This document shows, piece by piece, positions 61,775-64,000 of a stretch of 64,000 bases of DNA; the stretch's first letter is position 1, and each line of letters starts with the position of its first letter. The stretch covers positions 14,942,001 through 15,006,000 of the forward strand of contig NC_083281.1 of NCBI RefSeq assembly GCF_963506605.1, given 5' to 3'. The notes below the pieces were generated by a model. That model made no database searches and was not told the origin of the DNA. It saw only the letters and a program-made list of their open reading frames with translations. The stretch comes from Zootoca vivipara (Eukaryota). A program made the position numbers and the translations under genes.

Positions 61775-64000
61775 GTATGTAAAACCTTTCCACTTCTTTT
61801 TTCTATTTAAAATTAGAATAATTCCTCCTGCTTTTTTTTTTAAACACCCTGATTCAGGTCAAGTTTTAAAAAGTACCCCTCATTCAAATTTAGAGGGTGC
61901 AAAAGAAGGCTGATAGGCTTCAGGTTGAAGGTGTTTTTATACCGTATTGGCCCGAATATAAGCCACATCTTTAAAATTGAAGGGGGAGGGAAGGGGAAAA
62001 CCCCCCAGATATAAGCTACCCCCTTCCTCACTGCTCCTGGCTACATACTGGGGGGTGGGGGGAGCCGTACTGTGTTGCCAGTGGCCTTTCCCCTTCCTCT
62101 CTCTCTTCCCGGCCTTGGGGGAGAGGATAGCACCGCTTCCCCACGCTCCTGGCTCTGTTTGCCCCACACTCCTGTCTGCATACTGTAAGGTCAAGAATAG
62201 AAGCTGCACTTTTACTTTTCATGGTCGGAATTTTTTTGGGGGGGGAAGTGTGGCTTATATTCAGGCCAATACGGTATACAGTATATGCGTGTGCACACAC
62301 ACACACAAATTGCAGCCTTCCCCAACCTGGTACCTTTCAGATTCCAAACATATTGGACTTATGGTCCAAAACATCTGGAAGGCACTGGGTTGAGGAAGGC
62401 TGGTATGCTACACCCCCACCCCCACAGTGCATGGTAGGTGTTCTGCCATGCAGACCAGAGCAAATGGCTCCAGGTGACTCATATATGTGATCCCCAACCA
62501 CACAGTGCAGGGAAAGGTAAGCAACCCTCTGAGGTCACACGTAGGCTTACATGAACTGAGGAAAGTTCTCCCTAGCTACCAAGTGTGGTGATCAGTTAGA
62601 TTCTGACTGTGGGGAGGAGGCTTCAGATTTCATTGCAACACTTATCTAATCGTTTACCTGCAGTGTTCGTGCGCTGTATACAAACAGTGGATCCCCCCCC
62701 CCCAACAAAGCCAGTACTGTAAGTGATTGAGCTGCAGACTTTGTTATGACTATAAAGTGAAGGCATTACAGAGTGGGTTTTTTTTTCTGGAGAAAAGCAT
62801 AATTGTCTCCACTACAGGCAAATGTTGAACAAGCTCCTCTGCCCAACCATAGTCTTGTTGTTGGGAGGAGGTGGAAAGCAGGGATGTTGAACGCTAAACA
62901 AAGACAGTGCAGAAGCAGAAGCCTGCTTTTTTATATTGCAGGGGAGTGGAACTGTAATCAACCGGTTCTCTCACACATACATGTGTGCACACACTTACTT
63001 TTCACTTCACTTCACTTCACTTCAGCCTGCAACAGCAACTGAATTCCCAACTCTTCCAGCAACTGCCTGGAATCTGACATAGAGCGACATCCCCTTTTCC
63101 CCAAAGAACTTCCATCAGCTCCTCCATTCCACCTTCCTGCATTCTTGACATAAATTTTGTCGGTACATTACAAATTACGAGTCTGGGTTAAAAGCAAATT
63201 GAATTTCAGATCAAGTTTAATATCTCAGGGGAGCGATGTGCTGATGGCGTCATTTGCTTTCATATTTAATTCAACACGTTATGCAAGAACCCTCACACGC
63301 GTTAGCGAAATGTTAATCAAATGGCAGCGCGGAATACCCACTCCGCTGTGTTTTAGGGAAGCAGAAAAACTAGCGGTGGGGGTTTCAAGGGAAGATCTCT
63401 TCCCATTTCTTAAAATACGAAACGACTGGCAAGTTTTGCTTGTCAAAATGGAATCCCAGCTGCACACGCTTTCCAGACAGGAACTGATCCATAATAACAT
63501 TCCTCTGAAATAATCCAGGATGGTCCTATCCTGGGAATGGAAGCTTCTAAACAGAGTCAGCTTGTTAAGTGATCCTAGAGCCACAGCTTGCTGAAAACAA
63601 TGGACTGGAGGGTGAGTTTGTCCAAATGTCAATTAGTGCTCCCTTCTCAGTTTACATCACGTAGTTCTTGTGGCTGATGGCGTCATCTGGCAGCGCTTCC
63701 AGATGGTTGCTGTTTTGGGGTAGGATCCAGTGACGTCATGACAAAACCAGGGTGCTCAATTACAGTTGACTTGGCACCTTTGCACAGCAAACGCCCTCCC
63801 TCCCCCTCGGCCCCCAGACCAGACCTTTTGTGATAAAGAAAGTTGAAGAGTATTGCGTGGGGTAACAGCTGCTTGGTGCAGCTATACTCGCCACACAAAC
63901 AAATCAGAACGAACACTCATAAATAGTCAACTTCACTTAACCTTCCTGCACCCTTTGTGTGAACAAATAAGGATGAATAAGGCTCAATCAACAGGCCACC

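Overview
Vertebrate genomic DNA from a squamate reptile, probably a lacertid lizard (inferred from Sauria SINEs with (ACCTTT)n tails, CR1/L2/L1 LINE tails and lizard-type hAT/Tc1-mariner MITEs). Gene order: MED29 exon 1 (-, runs off the left edge); a 430-bp bidirectional promoter; complete 14-exon PAF1 (+, 543 aa); a SOCS4/SOCS5-family gene with a single coding exon (+, 404 aa) and its own CpG island; complete SAMD4B/Smaug2 (-, 12 coding exons, 689 aa); and the first three exons of GMFG (+). This matches the human 19q13.2 block GMFG-SAMD4B-PAF1-MED29, plus an extra SOCS gene that humans lack at this position. It is most likely the socs5b/socs9 ohnolog, mirroring the GMFB-SAMD4A-SOCS4 block on human 14q22. 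Other notable items: a complete ~2.1-kb L1-mobilised element without ORF2 (16-bp TSD, poly(A), one short orphan ORF) in a SAMD4B intron; Penelope-type hammerhead ribozyme motifs; uORFs ahead of both SOCS and SAMD4B; a dense miRNA-seed cluster in the SOCS 3'UTR; and hAT MITEs that carry the same ZNF143/THAP11-type motif as the PAF1/MED29 promoter. Exon coordinates were read by eye from splice sites and frame continuity. Repeat boundaries without a TSD are approximate.
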